A stretch of 64,000 bases of DNA, taken from positions 839 to 64,838 of the forward strand of contig DAOVQB010000002.1 of the NCBI GenBank assembly GCA_030628905.1, written 5' to 3'. A program made the translations under genes and the position numbers. The notes beneath the pieces were generated by a model. That model worked only from the letters and a program-made list of their open reading frames with translations, did not search any database and was not told where the DNA came from. This DNA is from Candidatus Eiseniibacteriota bacterium. GTDB taxonomy: Bacteria; Eisenbacteria; RBG-16-71-46; CAIMUX01; WJJG01. Of the stretch, positions 1-9,601 are shown one piece after another (positions within the stretch are counted from its first letter, which is position 1; the number at the start of each line of letters is the position of its first letter).

Positions 1-763
1 GGGCCGTACCGATGCCGGGAATGACGGAGAGAACCGTCATCATGGCACCCCAGAAAACCGGTCCACCGATCCCCGCAATCCAGAAGGAAAGTCCTGCCAG
101 GGATCCTTGCGTAACACCAATAAGCAGGGTTCCCTTGAGGGTCGCACGGGCCACAGAAGTGAACTTACCCACCATCCGGGCCTTGTCGGCCTCATTGAAC
201 GGAAGGTAGTAGAGGATCTTCTTGAGAAGATCTCCCCCGTCCATCAAGAAGAAAAACAACGTGTAGAGGAAGATGAAAAACTGGAAGAAGAAGGCCACCG
301 TGCCCCGCGTAGTGGCGGAGATGCTGTTGAAAAGAAAGGTGCCTGCGCTGCCTACAGCTTCTCCTGCCTTCTTCAAAATCTCAGCCCGATAGGGCTCAAG
401 TCGTTCGATGCCCGGAACCCGCTGCACATACTCCAGGAAGAGATCGGTGTCCTGCAGCTGGGCGGCAACCCAAGGCTTCACCCGTTCGCTGATCTCGAAG
501 GCCTCCTTGGCAACAATCCCCAGCAAAGCCATTAGTGGCACCAGGATGAATGCCAACAGGACCAACATCGTCGCTAGGCTGGCCGGAACCCGGCGCCCCC
601 GGAAGAGCGCCAGAAGCTTCCGGTAGAGAGGCGCCGCAAGACCAGCAGATATGGCTGCCAGGATAGCGGACAGCAGGAATGGGCGGATCATCGCCAGAAA
701 GACTACCGAGATCCCAGCGAGCAGGATCAGTAGGAAAATTCGACTGAACCGAACGCTTTTCAT
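1..763 (-). CDS. AI-2E family (PerM/YdiK/TqsA-like) membrane transporter. Start codon is inside the window. The 3' end runs past the window edge, so it is absent from the ORF track.
   Basis: Reverse-strand translation from the ATG at 763..761 gives MKSVRFSRIFLLILLAGISVVFLAMIRPFLLSAILAAISAGLAAPLYRKLLALFRGRRVPASLATMLVLLAFILVPLMALLGIV...FFFQFFIFLYTLFFFLMDGGDLLKK... with no stop down to nt 1. It has multiple TM helices and the AI-2E/UPF0118-like layout. The ORFs listed at 12..854 are antisense shadow ORFs. Confidence 0.7.
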   Translation of the reverse strand, partial: MKSVRFSRIFLLILLAGISVVFLAMIRPFLLSAILAAISAGLAAPLYRKLLALFRGRRVPASLATMLVLLAFILVPLMALLGIVAKEAFEISERVKPWVAAQLQDTDLFLEYVQRVPGIERLEPYRAEILKKAGEAVGSAGTFLFNSISATTRGTVAFFFQFFIFLYTLFFFLMDGGDLLKKILYYLPFNEADKARMVGKFTSVARATLKGTLLIGVTQGSLAGLSFWIAGIGGPVFWGAMMTVLSVIPGIGTA

Positions 764-941
764 GCCGGCAGGCTAGCAGACAAACTCTCCGCCTGGAAGC
801 CCAGAGACGCCGCATTGGCAATCGGTTGCCCCATGACTCGTGATCGTCTAGCATCGGCGGACGCCAATACCCTTGCCTGGATGCAAGGGTCGCGGGGCAC
901 TAAGACGACCGTTCACCCATAGCTCAAAGGCAGGCTACAAG

Positions 942-2336
942 ATGAGAATTACTTTCTGGGGGGCTGCCCGCGCAGTGACGGGTTCCCGGCATCTTCTGCA
1001 GGTCAATGGCACACAGATCCTGCTCGACTGTGGTCTCGTCCAGGGCCGGCGGCTCGAGGCCGAGGCGCGGAACCGCCGCTTCCCATTCGATCCGACCTCG
1101 ATCCAGTCTGTCATCCTCTCCCACGCCCATATGGATCACAGCGGCAACCTCCCGGGACTGGTGAAGAACGGCTTTCGTGGGAACATTCACACGACGCGCG
1201 CAACCGCTGCCCTGCTCGATCCCATGCTGCGCGACAGCGCGCACATTCAGGAAAGAGATTTCCACTATGTCAATAAGAGACGCTCTCGCATGAAAAAGAA
1301 GCCCATCGAGTCGATATACGCACTCCGCCACGTCGAGCAGACGCTGCCGCTCCTTGTCCATCATTCATATGACGTGGGCTTCAATGTGGCCGACGGCGTG
1401 ACGGCTCACTTCTACGATGCCGGCCACATCCTGGGATCTGCCCTAACAGTGCTGGACTTGGAAGAGAACAAGCGGCGCCTGCGGCTTTGCTTCACCGGTG
1501 ACCTGGGACGGCCCAATCTCCCGATCATCCGCGACCCACAGACCGTTCCGGACATCGATGCGCTGATCATGGAGAGCACATACGGCAACCGCTTGCACGA
1601 GGAAGCCAAGCAGGTGTCCGGGATCATGGAGGAACTGCTCAACCGGGCACACCAGCGGCGCGGTAAGATCATCATTCCCTCCTTCGCGGTCGGTCGCACG
1701 CAGGAGATCGTCACGGTGCTAAAGGAGTTGTTCGAAAGTGGCCGCGTGCCACAGATGCCTGTTTATGTCGACAGCCCATTGGCAGTTAATGTCACTGATG
1801 TCTTCCGGGTTCACGAGGAATGCTTTGACAAGGAAACCCTCGCGCTTTTACACCAGGAGGAAACCGATCCATTCGGTTTCAAGCTCATGCATTATGTGCG
1901 TAGTCTGGAGGAATCAAAGTCCCTCAATGCAAAAGAAGGCCCCATGGTCATCATCTCCGCATCCGGCATGTGTGAAGCGGGGCGCATTCTCCACCACCTG
2001 CGCAACAACATTAGCAAGCCGGAAACCCTGATCCTGATCGTCGGTTTCCAGGCAGAGAACACGCTCGGACGCAAACTCGCGGAACAGCAAAAGGAGATAC
2101 GCATTTTCGGGGAACCCCATACGCGCCGCGCCGAAGTCCATGTTATCGATGCCTTCAGCGCCCACGCCGACCGTGATGAACTGCTCGCTTGGGTGCGAAC
2201 TCTGAAGCGCCGCCCTAGACGGATCTTCGTTGTCCACGGCGAGGAGAGCCAAGCCCTCAGTTTCGCAGAGAGCCTTGGGCAAGAGGGCTTCAAGCAGGTC
2301 GCTGTTCCAGAGCTGGGCCAATCGTTTGATCTCTAG
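942..2336 (+). CDS. MBL-fold metallo-hydrolase of the beta-CASP / RNA-metabolising type
   Basis: ORF 873..2336. The likely start is the internal ATG at 942 (MRITFWGAARAVTGSRHLL, a typical N-terminus). It has the HAHMDHSG metal-binding motif and a beta-CASP-like C-terminal region (FSAHADRDELLAWV). Confidence 0.85.
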   Translation: MRITFWGAARAVTGSRHLLQVNGTQILLDCGLVQGRRLEAEARNRRFPFDPTSIQSVILSHAHMDHSGNLPGLVKNGFRGNIHTTRATAALLDPMLRDSAHIQERDFHYVNKRRSRMKKKPIESIYALRHVEQTLPLLVHHSYDVGFNVADGVTAHFYDAGHILGSALTVLDLEENKRRLRLCFTGDLGRPNLPIIRDPQTVPDIDALIMESTYGNRLHEEAKQVSGIMEELLNRAHQRRGKIIIPSFAVGRTQEIVTVLKELFESGRVPQMPVYVDSPLAVNVTDVFRVHEECFDKETLALLHQEETDPFGFKLMHYVRSLEESKSLNAKEGPMVIISASGMCEAGRILHHLRNNISKPETLILIVGFQAENTLGRKLAEQQKEIRIFGEPHTRRAEVHVIDAFSAHADRDELLAWVRTLKRRPRRIFVVHGEESQALSFAESLGQEGFKQVAVPELGQSFDL

Positions 2337-2530
2337 TCCGGACCTCTCACTAAGGGCTTGCGCGAGCCCTGAGCTCCGCCGAGTCCGGGTCCGCATAGGG
2401 CTCGGCTCATCGGTAACTTTTGGGGCTGGGCCTTCAGGCCAGGCGTGGTGTAAAAAAAAAACGGAGATAAGAAATGAGGCCTCGGTTGCCCGAGGCCCCA
2501 AAGCTTCATCAGGAAATGATCAAGCTTCCA

Positions 2531-3358
2531 TTACCGGAACATGCCCTTGATCGCACCCCAGCTGCTGGCCTCGACCGGGCTCTGGCCGCCGAAGTAATCG
2601 ACGAAGGTCCCGATCGCGAGGTCGCACTGCGCACCCGTGGGGTCGCAGCTGTAGTCGAAGGTGTTGAAGACGGTGTTTTCCGTCACGCAACCACCCTCCA
2701 TGAAGGGGAACGGACCAACTTCCGGCTGAGTCCAGAGGTTCAACCCATCGATGCACGGCATGATCTCATCCGAGAAGAAGCCGTTCGACTCGAAGCAGGT
2801 GCCGACTGCGCCAGGCAGAACACCACTCTGGCCGTCCAGCAAACCACCGGCAATACCTTCCCAGGACAGATCACCCACGGCACCAAAAGCCGGGTCCATG
2901 ACGACGCCGCAGACACCCAGGTAGTCCATCGGGAAGCCGATGTGGCCGCCGGGACGGAAGTAGAGATAGTCCTGAGACATGAAGATGACATCGCCGCCGC
3001 CATCCAGAAAGCCGCCCAGCACGGTTTCATCCCCAGTCGTCCAGGTACCGCCCCACCAGTTATCTGCCGTCGTGACCAGAATGAGGGAGTAGGGCGCCAG
3101 GTCAGGCCACGCGCCCGCGGGATCATAAACAATGTCCACGGAGTGGCCAGCGGCCTCCAGAGAGGTCTGGTAGATGGCGGCCTGGTCCGTAAACACCCCC
3201 TCGAGGACCGAGGCGATGAGTGCGGTGGCGCGACCACTAATCTGGTCATCGTACTCGTGGTACGTCCCCTCGTGGTAGCCGACCCTCGCGGTGTTATCCG
3301 CCAGGACTGGTGCCGCCACCAGCGCTAGCAAAGCTAGTGTAACAACGATCTTCCGCAT
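2531..3358 (-). CDS. Secreted protein of unknown function. It has a signal peptide and the C-terminal motif SWGAIKGMFR-COOH.
   Basis: Internal start MRKIVVTLALLALVAAPVLA is preceded by AAGGAG. The sequence is Gly/Asp/Cys-rich. The last 10 residues are shared with the gene at 60841..61512. Confidence 0.7.
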   Translation of the reverse strand: MRKIVVTLALLALVAAPVLADNTARVGYHEGTYHEYDDQISGRATALIASVLEGVFTDQAAIYQTSLEAAGHSVDIVYDPAGAWPDLAPYSLILVTTADNWWGGTWTTGDETVLGGFLDGGGDVIFMSQDYLYFRPGGHIGFPMDYLGVCGVVMDPAFGAVGDLSWEGIAGGLLDGQSGVLPGAVGTCFESNGFFSDEIMPCIDGLNLWTQPEVGPFPFMEGGCVTENTVFNTFDYSCDPTGAQCDLAIGTFVDYFGGQSPVEASSWGAIKGMFR

Positions 3359-3556
3359 GATGCTTTCTCCTTTCGCGCCGTTCCAAAGCACGGCATCCAT
3401 CTGCTGCTGATTCCTCTGCCATGCGCAGCACCGTTGCAATGAGCTTTGTTGAACTAGACCGCCGTCACAGCCTAGCTCACCCGCTGCTAGGACCACGCAT
3501 GAGCATCCGTCGATGTCATCGTATAGTTTAGCAAAGTTGAAGGCCGCAGTTCAAGT

Positions 3557-4768
3557 CTATAAATCCGACTCAACGCGCTGCTCGGGATAGGCCCGGAATC
3601 TGGCTAAAATCTCCTCAATCCTGGTTCGCTCGGCCGGATCTCCGGTCATTCCACGCCGGGCCTCCAGAGCGCTGTAAAGCGTTTCCCTGCTTTCGGGTAG
3701 GCCAAAACGACTCTCTCTGTCCAGGAGTTCGAGCGCCAGGGCAATCTCCTCTGGTTCTCCCTCCCCCAATACCCGCATCAGGCCTGGCTCCGCCAGGCGG
3801 GTCATGAACCACAACTCATAGTAGAAACGTCTGTTATCCAAATCCTCCATCGTGTTCGTGGAATCGGCGATCCCCGTTGTCCCATCCGCGTATTCGGCCA
3901 GGATCAAGGGACGGGCCCGTGGATCCTGCGTGAGAGCCAACCCTTTGAGCGCATCCCACCGAAGTGGACGGTCGGGAGCGGACTCAAACACCCCCCGAAT
4001 CGGCTCGTAGGCAGCCAGTCCTGCCCGCTCGGCGGCATGACGCATCGCCGAGGCTTTGGCCTTCCGGGTCGCCGAGGGATCAACTGCCAGTCGATCCACC
4101 ATCGCCACCAGGGTGTCGGCCGCCCGCTCATCCTTCGAATCGCCCAGCATCGCGATGCCATGCTCAATCCGCTCAGGCACGCCCGAGTGGCAGTGCGCCG
4201 TCATTCTGCGCATAATGTCTTCACTCGCTGAGAGATAGGCCGCTCCTTGCTCCAGGGCAAAGCAGATGCCTTGCTCGAGCGTCCCCGTATCTGCCAGCTC
4301 CAGCATGGCCTTAGCCAATCGCCCGCCTTCTGGCCGCTCACGGTATCCGACTTTCTCGTGCGAGATATACATGACCGTGGCCTGGAGACACGCCCGACAG
4401 GTGCTGGGATCCGTCAGCAAGAAAACCATCTCATCTACTAGAGGAGCCTCCGAGTGGAGCTTGCCTCTGACGATATCCATCAGGATTCCACTGGATGCGG
4501 GGGTCACGGTGGGATTGTCCTTGATGCAGAGATAATGAATCTGATCCCAAGGGACGGTCGTGAAGAACTCGAGCGCCCTCTCAGTCCGCTCCTCCCCCCT
4601 CAGGCTTGGCAGGGAACTGGCGTGCGCACGGTAGCGCGCCATCAACTCGTCCAGACTCTCGTACCGCGACGCCTCATCCTGCGCCCATCCCAGTTGGTTG
4701 GCGCATACCAGCCAGATCCCGACCCAAAACGCGCAACTTGCCTTGCTCACGCAACAGATCTCCTTCAT
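3557..4768 (-). CDS. Hypothetical secreted/lipoprotein-like alpha-helical protein
   Basis: 403 aa. The N-terminus MKEICCVSKASCAFWVGIWLVCANQLGWAQ is signal-like. No recognisable catalytic motif. Confidence 0.55.
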   Translation of the reverse strand: MKEICCVSKASCAFWVGIWLVCANQLGWAQDEASRYESLDELMARYRAHASSLPSLRGEERTERALEFFTTVPWDQIHYLCIKDNPTVTPASSGILMDIVRGKLHSEAPLVDEMVFLLTDPSTCRACLQATVMYISHEKVGYRERPEGGRLAKAMLELADTGTLEQGICFALEQGAAYLSASEDIMRRMTAHCHSGVPERIEHGIAMLGDSKDERAADTLVAMVDRLAVDPSATRKAKASAMRHAAERAGLAAYEPIRGVFESAPDRPLRWDALKGLALTQDPRARPLILAEYADGTTGIADSTNTMEDLDNRRFYYELWFMTRLAEPGLMRVLGEGEPEEIALALELLDRESRFGLPESRETLYSALEARRGMTGDPAERTRIEEILARFRAYPEQRVESDL

Positions 4769-4926
4769 CTACGCCAAGTGTAGCCGTAGTTGATTTCTCT
4801 CAGGCCATCCGATCCCATCCGACCTCAGGCCATCCAGGACTTCTCCGCCGGGTCTCTAGTTCCACTGTGCAAGACTACCGCAGATCCGCGTTCCAAGCCA
4901 CGCGCAAACGGATCGACCGAGAACCC

Positions 4927-6099
4927 TCAGCTCACCATCCGCAGATACGTCTCCTGGCACAGCCGCTCAATGGCCAGTAGACCGGCGAAGGCCTCGTTGA
5001 AATCCTCCCGGCCGACGGTAAATAGGCCGTGGCCATAGACGATCACCCCTCGGCGGCCTTCCATGGCAGGCGGCAATGTATGACACAGTCCGTGGGGACC
5101 GGTTCCCACCTCGCCGGGCACGATAGGGATGTCTTCAATGAACCGGCTTTCTGGACAGCGGATATGACACTGCCCGCGAAACGCGCAATCCGTCTTCTCA
5201 CAATCCATCGAGAGGATGACCGAGAACTTCGGATGACCGTGAAGGATGGCATTCATTTCCGTGCGCTGAACGATCTCGCGGTGTGCCGTAAGCTCGCTTG
5301 AGGCTGTAATACCAGCGCAGCTTGAACCATCGAGTGGGCAGGGATCGATGCAACCGTCTAACTCATCGAGAGAGGATGTAGTCTGGCTGATGTAGAGGGT
5401 GTCGCCGCAGCGCAATGAAACGTTGCCGAAAAAGGAATCCACCAATCCGTATTCCACCGTCATCCGTCCAGCCTGACTCACCGCGTGATAGATCGCCCGT
5501 TCGGAGAGAAAGGGCGCACGCATGAGCGCAGGCGGTTCTGAGGGTAGCAGATCAATATGCTGCATGACGGTATCCATGACCCGGCGCTGCCGGCGCGATA
5601 CCCTGCCGGACTTCCGATCGGCCAAGTAATCTGACATGAACTTAACGAAGCAAGCAAAACAGACGGAGCTGTAAAAGACGAAGGCTTGCTCAGGACTGAC
5701 CATGCCCCAGGTGACCACGCCATGACCCGGAAGGACGGCACACTTGCGCCGCTCGAGGGCTGCCATGATCTCTCCGGCGTCAAAAGCCTCGACGACCGGA
5801 AGGTCATGCAGGATTGTGCGTGTCTCGGTGTCAGTTGGCCGGATCACACCGTCAGTCACTGTGGCCATGGAGGCTAGATAGTCGATCATCGAGCGATATG
5901 GCTCGGCCGGCAGCGAGAAGAGCAGCGCATTGATATTGAGGCCGCTGAAGACCTTGGCCAGTTCGGAGCACCTGGCGTCACGGCGATTCCAGACTAGCTC
6001 GTCGTCAAGCCCGCCCACCACAGGCGCGCCATCCTCAGCAAGCCCCGCGTCAACAAGCTTCCTGGCGTATTTGCCCACCAACTGTTTCATGCTGTCCAC
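4927..6099 (-). CDS. Class II aldolase/adducin-family protein with tandem domains
   Basis: It has two aldolase-II-like halves (..AVLPGHGVVTWG.. and ..ILHGHPKF...VIVYGHGLFTVGREDFNEAF..). It overlaps the upstream AOR gene by 13 nt. Confidence 0.7.
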   Translation of the reverse strand: MDSMKQLVGKYARKLVDAGLAEDGAPVVGGLDDELVWNRRDARCSELAKVFSGLNINALLFSLPAEPYRSMIDYLASMATVTDGVIRPTDTETRTILHDLPVVEAFDAGEIMAALERRKCAVLPGHGVVTWGMVSPEQAFVFYSSVCFACFVKFMSDYLADRKSGRVSRRQRRVMDTVMQHIDLLPSEPPALMRAPFLSERAIYHAVSQAGRMTVEYGLVDSFFGNVSLRCGDTLYISQTTSSLDELDGCIDPCPLDGSSCAGITASSELTAHREIVQRTEMNAILHGHPKFSVILSMDCEKTDCAFRGQCHIRCPESRFIEDIPIVPGEVGTGPHGLCHTLPPAMEGRRGVIVYGHGLFTVGREDFNEAFAGLLAIERLCQETYLRMVS

Positions 6100-7838
6100 T
6101 GCAACCCAAGCTGCGCGGCTTTTTCGCTGACCGGCATCCCCTTCTGATCCAATCCTCGTACGCGGTAGTATCTGGCCCGCGTGCGCAGGAATTCCTTGCG
6201 ATCGAGAGGCGCGATCCGCATGTCATTCCCGCTGCTTCCCTCATCCTCAAAGAACCGGGGCGGCAGATCGTCATCGGCATCCGTGAAGCCGTTGAGTGCA
6301 TTCATGATGCGTTCATTATAATAAATGCGTTCACCCGCGCGCATGAGCTCCTGCGTCGTTGTCTCCACGCCCGTGACGGCTGTGAAGGCCTTCGCATATT
6401 CCTCAAGCGAGGCACCAAAGAAAACGAACTTGCAGGCCGTGAGGGAGTCCACGACTGCATTACAATCCTCGGCGATCTTGATGATCCGAGCCTTCCCGGC
6501 AAAGGAGAAACGATCTGTCGCAACGGGCTTGCGCAAGATCTCATGGCTGATCGGGTAAGCCCGCAGGTGACAGCCGCCGCGCGTGGAAGTGGCATAGCCC
6601 AGTGCCATGCCATAGGCCCCACGTGGATCATAGGCAGGAAGCTCCTGCCGCTTGACAGAGATGGAAACCCCGGGCTCCCCCTTGGCCGCAGCATAGCGGA
6701 AGGACCCCTGCCCCAGTTCTCGTCCTATTCCGTGCCCGTGTCCGATTGCGTCGAGAAGCGAAAGGATGCGCTCACCCGAGAGTCGCTCCCCCTCCATCTC
6801 CGCATAGCAGGCAAGTGTGGCGGCAGCGGATATGGTGTCCATGCCCAGGTTGTTGCATATGGAGTTGGCCTTCGTCACAACGTCGATATCCTCATTCAGC
6901 AGAAGTGCGCTGAAGTGGGACATGGTCTCGAACTCGGGGATAAGCGTTCCATCTCGCGCTACCTTCTTGCAGAGAATGTGACAGCCCCTGCAGCCGGAGC
7001 GCTTTGGCATGTAGCGACGCTTGTAAGCAGCCGCATTCATCGAGGGGGCGGGTGCAAATACGGTCTGCCGGAAGTTAGCAGTAGGCATCATGCGGCGATT
7101 GTTCATGAGATCGTATAGGGCACCTGTGCCGAATTGCGCGATGCCAAGCTCACCTAGGAGAACCGGGCTGGCAGCTATAAGCCGAAAGATGTCTTCACGT
7201 GCCTGCCGCAATCCATCCGGATCATGGACCGGGACGCGGCCACTTCCCTTGATGGTAAGATACTTGAGGTTCTTGGCCGAGAAGAGCAGCCCCAGGCCAT
7301 TGCGGCCGGCGCAATGAGCCCCGTCCACTACTATATTGGCAAACAGCACACCGCTTTCAGCCGCCGGGCCTGCTGTGGCCACTGCCCCTTTGTCTTTGAG
7401 CCGGATGTGGAGCTCCCCTGTCCCCATGCCGGAGAGGGCGCTGGCCTCACGGATCAGTACCGATCCAGGCGTGATCTCGATTCCACAGGGGCGCTGGCTG
7501 CTTCCACTAATGACGATCCCGTCAAATCCGGCCTGCTTGAGTTCAATCCCGAGGCTGCCCCCCACGGAAGCATCGCCGATGGTACCCGTGAGCGGCGAGC
7601 GGGACATGATGCACATGCGCCCCGAGGTTGGCGCCGATGTGCCCACCAGCGGACCAGTCATGAAGATCAGCGGCATCCCAGGGGCATCCCAGGAACGCGT
7701 AGCATGGGGATAGAGGTAGTGCCCAGCAAGACCCTTGCCGCCGATCCAGGCTTGATAGGTCGCCGCGGCGGGATGCTCCACGCTGTGCGTGCCGTCCGTG
7801 AGATCCACATGCAGAATTGATCCAAGCCAGCCGTTCAT
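6087..7838 (-). CDS. aor: Tungsten-type aldehyde:ferredoxin oxidoreductase (AOR family)
   Basis: 583 aa. The N-terminus MNGWLGSILHVDLTDG is AOR-like. An AOR N-terminal domain is followed by Fe-S / pterin-binding domains. Confidence 0.9.
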   Translation of the reverse strand: MNGWLGSILHVDLTDGTHSVEHPAAATYQAWIGGKGLAGHYLYPHATRSWDAPGMPLIFMTGPLVGTSAPTSGRMCIMSRSPLTGTIGDASVGGSLGIELKQAGFDGIVISGSSQRPCGIEITPGSVLIREASALSGMGTGELHIRLKDKGAVATAGPAAESGVLFANIVVDGAHCAGRNGLGLLFSAKNLKYLTIKGSGRVPVHDPDGLRQAREDIFRLIAASPVLLGELGIAQFGTGALYDLMNNRRMMPTANFRQTVFAPAPSMNAAAYKRRYMPKRSGCRGCHILCKKVARDGTLIPEFETMSHFSALLLNEDIDVVTKANSICNNLGMDTISAAATLACYAEMEGERLSGERILSLLDAIGHGHGIGRELGQGSFRYAAAKGEPGVSISVKRQELPAYDPRGAYGMALGYATSTRGGCHLRAYPISHEILRKPVATDRFSFAGKARIIKIAEDCNAVVDSLTACKFVFFGASLEEYAKAFTAVTGVETTTQELMRAGERIYYNERIMNALNGFTDADDDLPPRFFEDEGSSGNDMRIAPLDRKEFLRTRARYYRVRGLDQKGMPVSEKAAQLGLQWTA

Positions 7839-7904
7839 GTATAAGCCTTCTTCTCAACCCACACAGATATGGGAATCGTGTATCGATACGCGCCGAGGTG
7901 GGAA

Positions 7905-9206
7905 TCACACCCCGCGCGGCAAGCGCGCCGCGGACCGCCCTGCAACCCAACCCGTGGAGAAGGCAGCCTGCAGGTTGTAGCCGCCCGTGTCACCGTCTAC
8001 ATCCAGCACCTCTCCGGCGAAATAAAGGCCCTCCACCAGCCGGGAGGCCATTGTGCGTTTATCGACCTCCTTCATGTCCACGCCGCCGGCAGTGATGACG
8101 GCTTCAGCGAAGGGGCGATGTCCTGTCACCTCAAAGCGGAAATCCTTGAGCCAAGCCCGCAGGCGCTTGCGCTCGCGGGATGTGACTTGGTGACCTTGCT
8201 TCTCCGCCGGAATGCCAGTCAGATCTATGCAGACGGGAATCAGCGCTCTGGGAAGCAGCCGCTTGAGCAAGACCCAGAACTGCTGTTTGCCATGCCCATC
8301 CAGATCGCGCAACAGGCGCGCGTTCAGCTTGCGTTCATCCAGCGCTGGCTTGAGATCGATGGAGAGCGTCACTTCCTGATCTCGACGCAGCGCATCGACA
8401 ACCAATCCGCTCAAAGAGAGAACGATCGGCCCGGAAAGCCCATAGTCAGTAAAGAGCATCTCGCCAAACGCCTCAGCTCGCTTCCGTCCGTCAATCCAGA
8501 CCCGAGCGGCCACATTCCGCAGACTCGCGCCCTGGCATCGCGAGGCAATATCACCGGCAGTGATCAGGGAAATCAAGGCGGGCCGGATTGGCACAATGGA
8601 GTGACCCACTCGCTCTGCCATGCGATAGCCATCCCCTGTGGATCCGGTGGACGGATAGGAGGCCCCCCCCGTGGCAAGGACTACCGCATCTGCCGAGTGG
8701 ACCAGCTCCGTGGCCCTCCGGTGAACCCGGTGGCCATCAGATCGACGCGAGCTGCGGTGGGCCTCCACGCCGGTCACTCGCCCGTCCTTCACAACCAACC
8801 GGTCCACGGCAATCCTAGGGCGCAGGATCACGCCACGATCCCGAACCCATTTGACCAGGGCGTCCGCGACCTCTTGGGCCTCGTTGCTAACTGGAAAAAC
8901 CCGCCCGCCTCGTTCGGTCATGGTCCGAACCCCCAACCCTTCAAAGAAGGCCATGAGATCACTGCTGAAGAACTGGGAGAAGGCCCGGCGAAGCACGCGA
9001 TCATTCGGTCGAAAATGCTTCAGAAAAGCTGATAAGGGAGCCACATTTGTCAAATTGCAGCGTCCCTTACCCGTGATCCGGAGTTTGCGTGCCGGACGAT
9101 CCATCTTCTCGAGCAGGAGGGTTTCCGCCCCCAGTTCGGCGGCTTCTCCCGCAGCCATCAAACCAGCAGCGCCCCCTCCAACTACAACCACCCGACGTCC
9201 AGCCAT
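7905..9206 (-). CDS. HI0933/BaiN-family NAD(P)/FAD-dependent flavoprotein
   Basis: VVVVGGGAAGLMAAGEAAELGAETLLLEK dinucleotide fold. KLRITGKGRCNLTN motif typical of the HI0933 family. Confidence 0.85.
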   Translation of the reverse strand: MAGRRVVVVGGGAAGLMAAGEAAELGAETLLLEKMDRPARKLRITGKGRCNLTNVAPLSAFLKHFRPNDRVLRRAFSQFFSSDLMAFFEGLGVRTMTERGGRVFPVSNEAQEVADALVKWVRDRGVILRPRIAVDRLVVKDGRVTGVEAHRSSRRSDGHRVHRRATELVHSADAVVLATGGASYPSTGSTGDGYRMAERVGHSIVPIRPALISLITAGDIASRCQGASLRNVAARVWIDGRKRAEAFGEMLFTDYGLSGPIVLSLSGLVVDALRRDQEVTLSIDLKPALDERKLNARLLRDLDGHGKQQFWVLLKRLLPRALIPVCIDLTGIPAEKQGHQVTSRERKRLRAWLKDFRFEVTGHRPFAEAVITAGGVDMKEVDKRTMASRLVEGLYFAGEVLDVDGDTGGYNLQAAFSTGWVAGRSAARLPRGV

Positions 9207-9601
9207 ACTCTCCTCAGTTGAGGCCCCCCGCCCGCGAGGAAAGCTCCGGCCCCTCGTGAGAGGCGCCCTTTCTGCAGCCGCGTTGCCACTGGTACTGCTT
9301 GGATGTCCCTCGGATTCACCCTAGACAACGCCTACGGAGCCGAGCAAGGCCAAATGCCATCACCGCAGAGCGGGATGAAGTGCCATGGCCCTGCGGCGAG
9401 ACACCATGGAGTCGCATCCCCTCGGGTCCCCATATGGCTGCGTTGCGCCAACTTACTGGCCAGGTTGCCGCTCAGACGCTCGATCCAGGGACGCCGGAGG
9501 GTTGGTGCTCATGTGCAAATCCACAGGGCCGAAGGATGGATAGGGTGCTTTCCGATGGACACCTGCCTGGGCAGTGGCTGCCCCAAGGGGACCATGAGCA
9601 G

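Noticed and set aside
12-854. Several 60-150-aa ORFs at the window start
   Set aside because: All lie inside or antisense to the AI-2E transporter reading frame (minus strand, start 763), which is a far better gene model.
2478-2497. Hairpin GGCCTCGG-ttgc-CCGAGGCC next to an A10 run as a terminator
   Set aside because: On either strand the U-tract is not directly 3' of the stem (there is a 17-nt spacer on the minus strand). It may be a weak bidirectional terminator but it is not canonical.
2474-3328. 284-aa + strand ORF
   Set aside because: Antisense shadow ORF of the signal-peptide gene 2531..3358. It has no RBS and low-complexity Ala/Arg/Val composition typical of a high-GC reverse frame.
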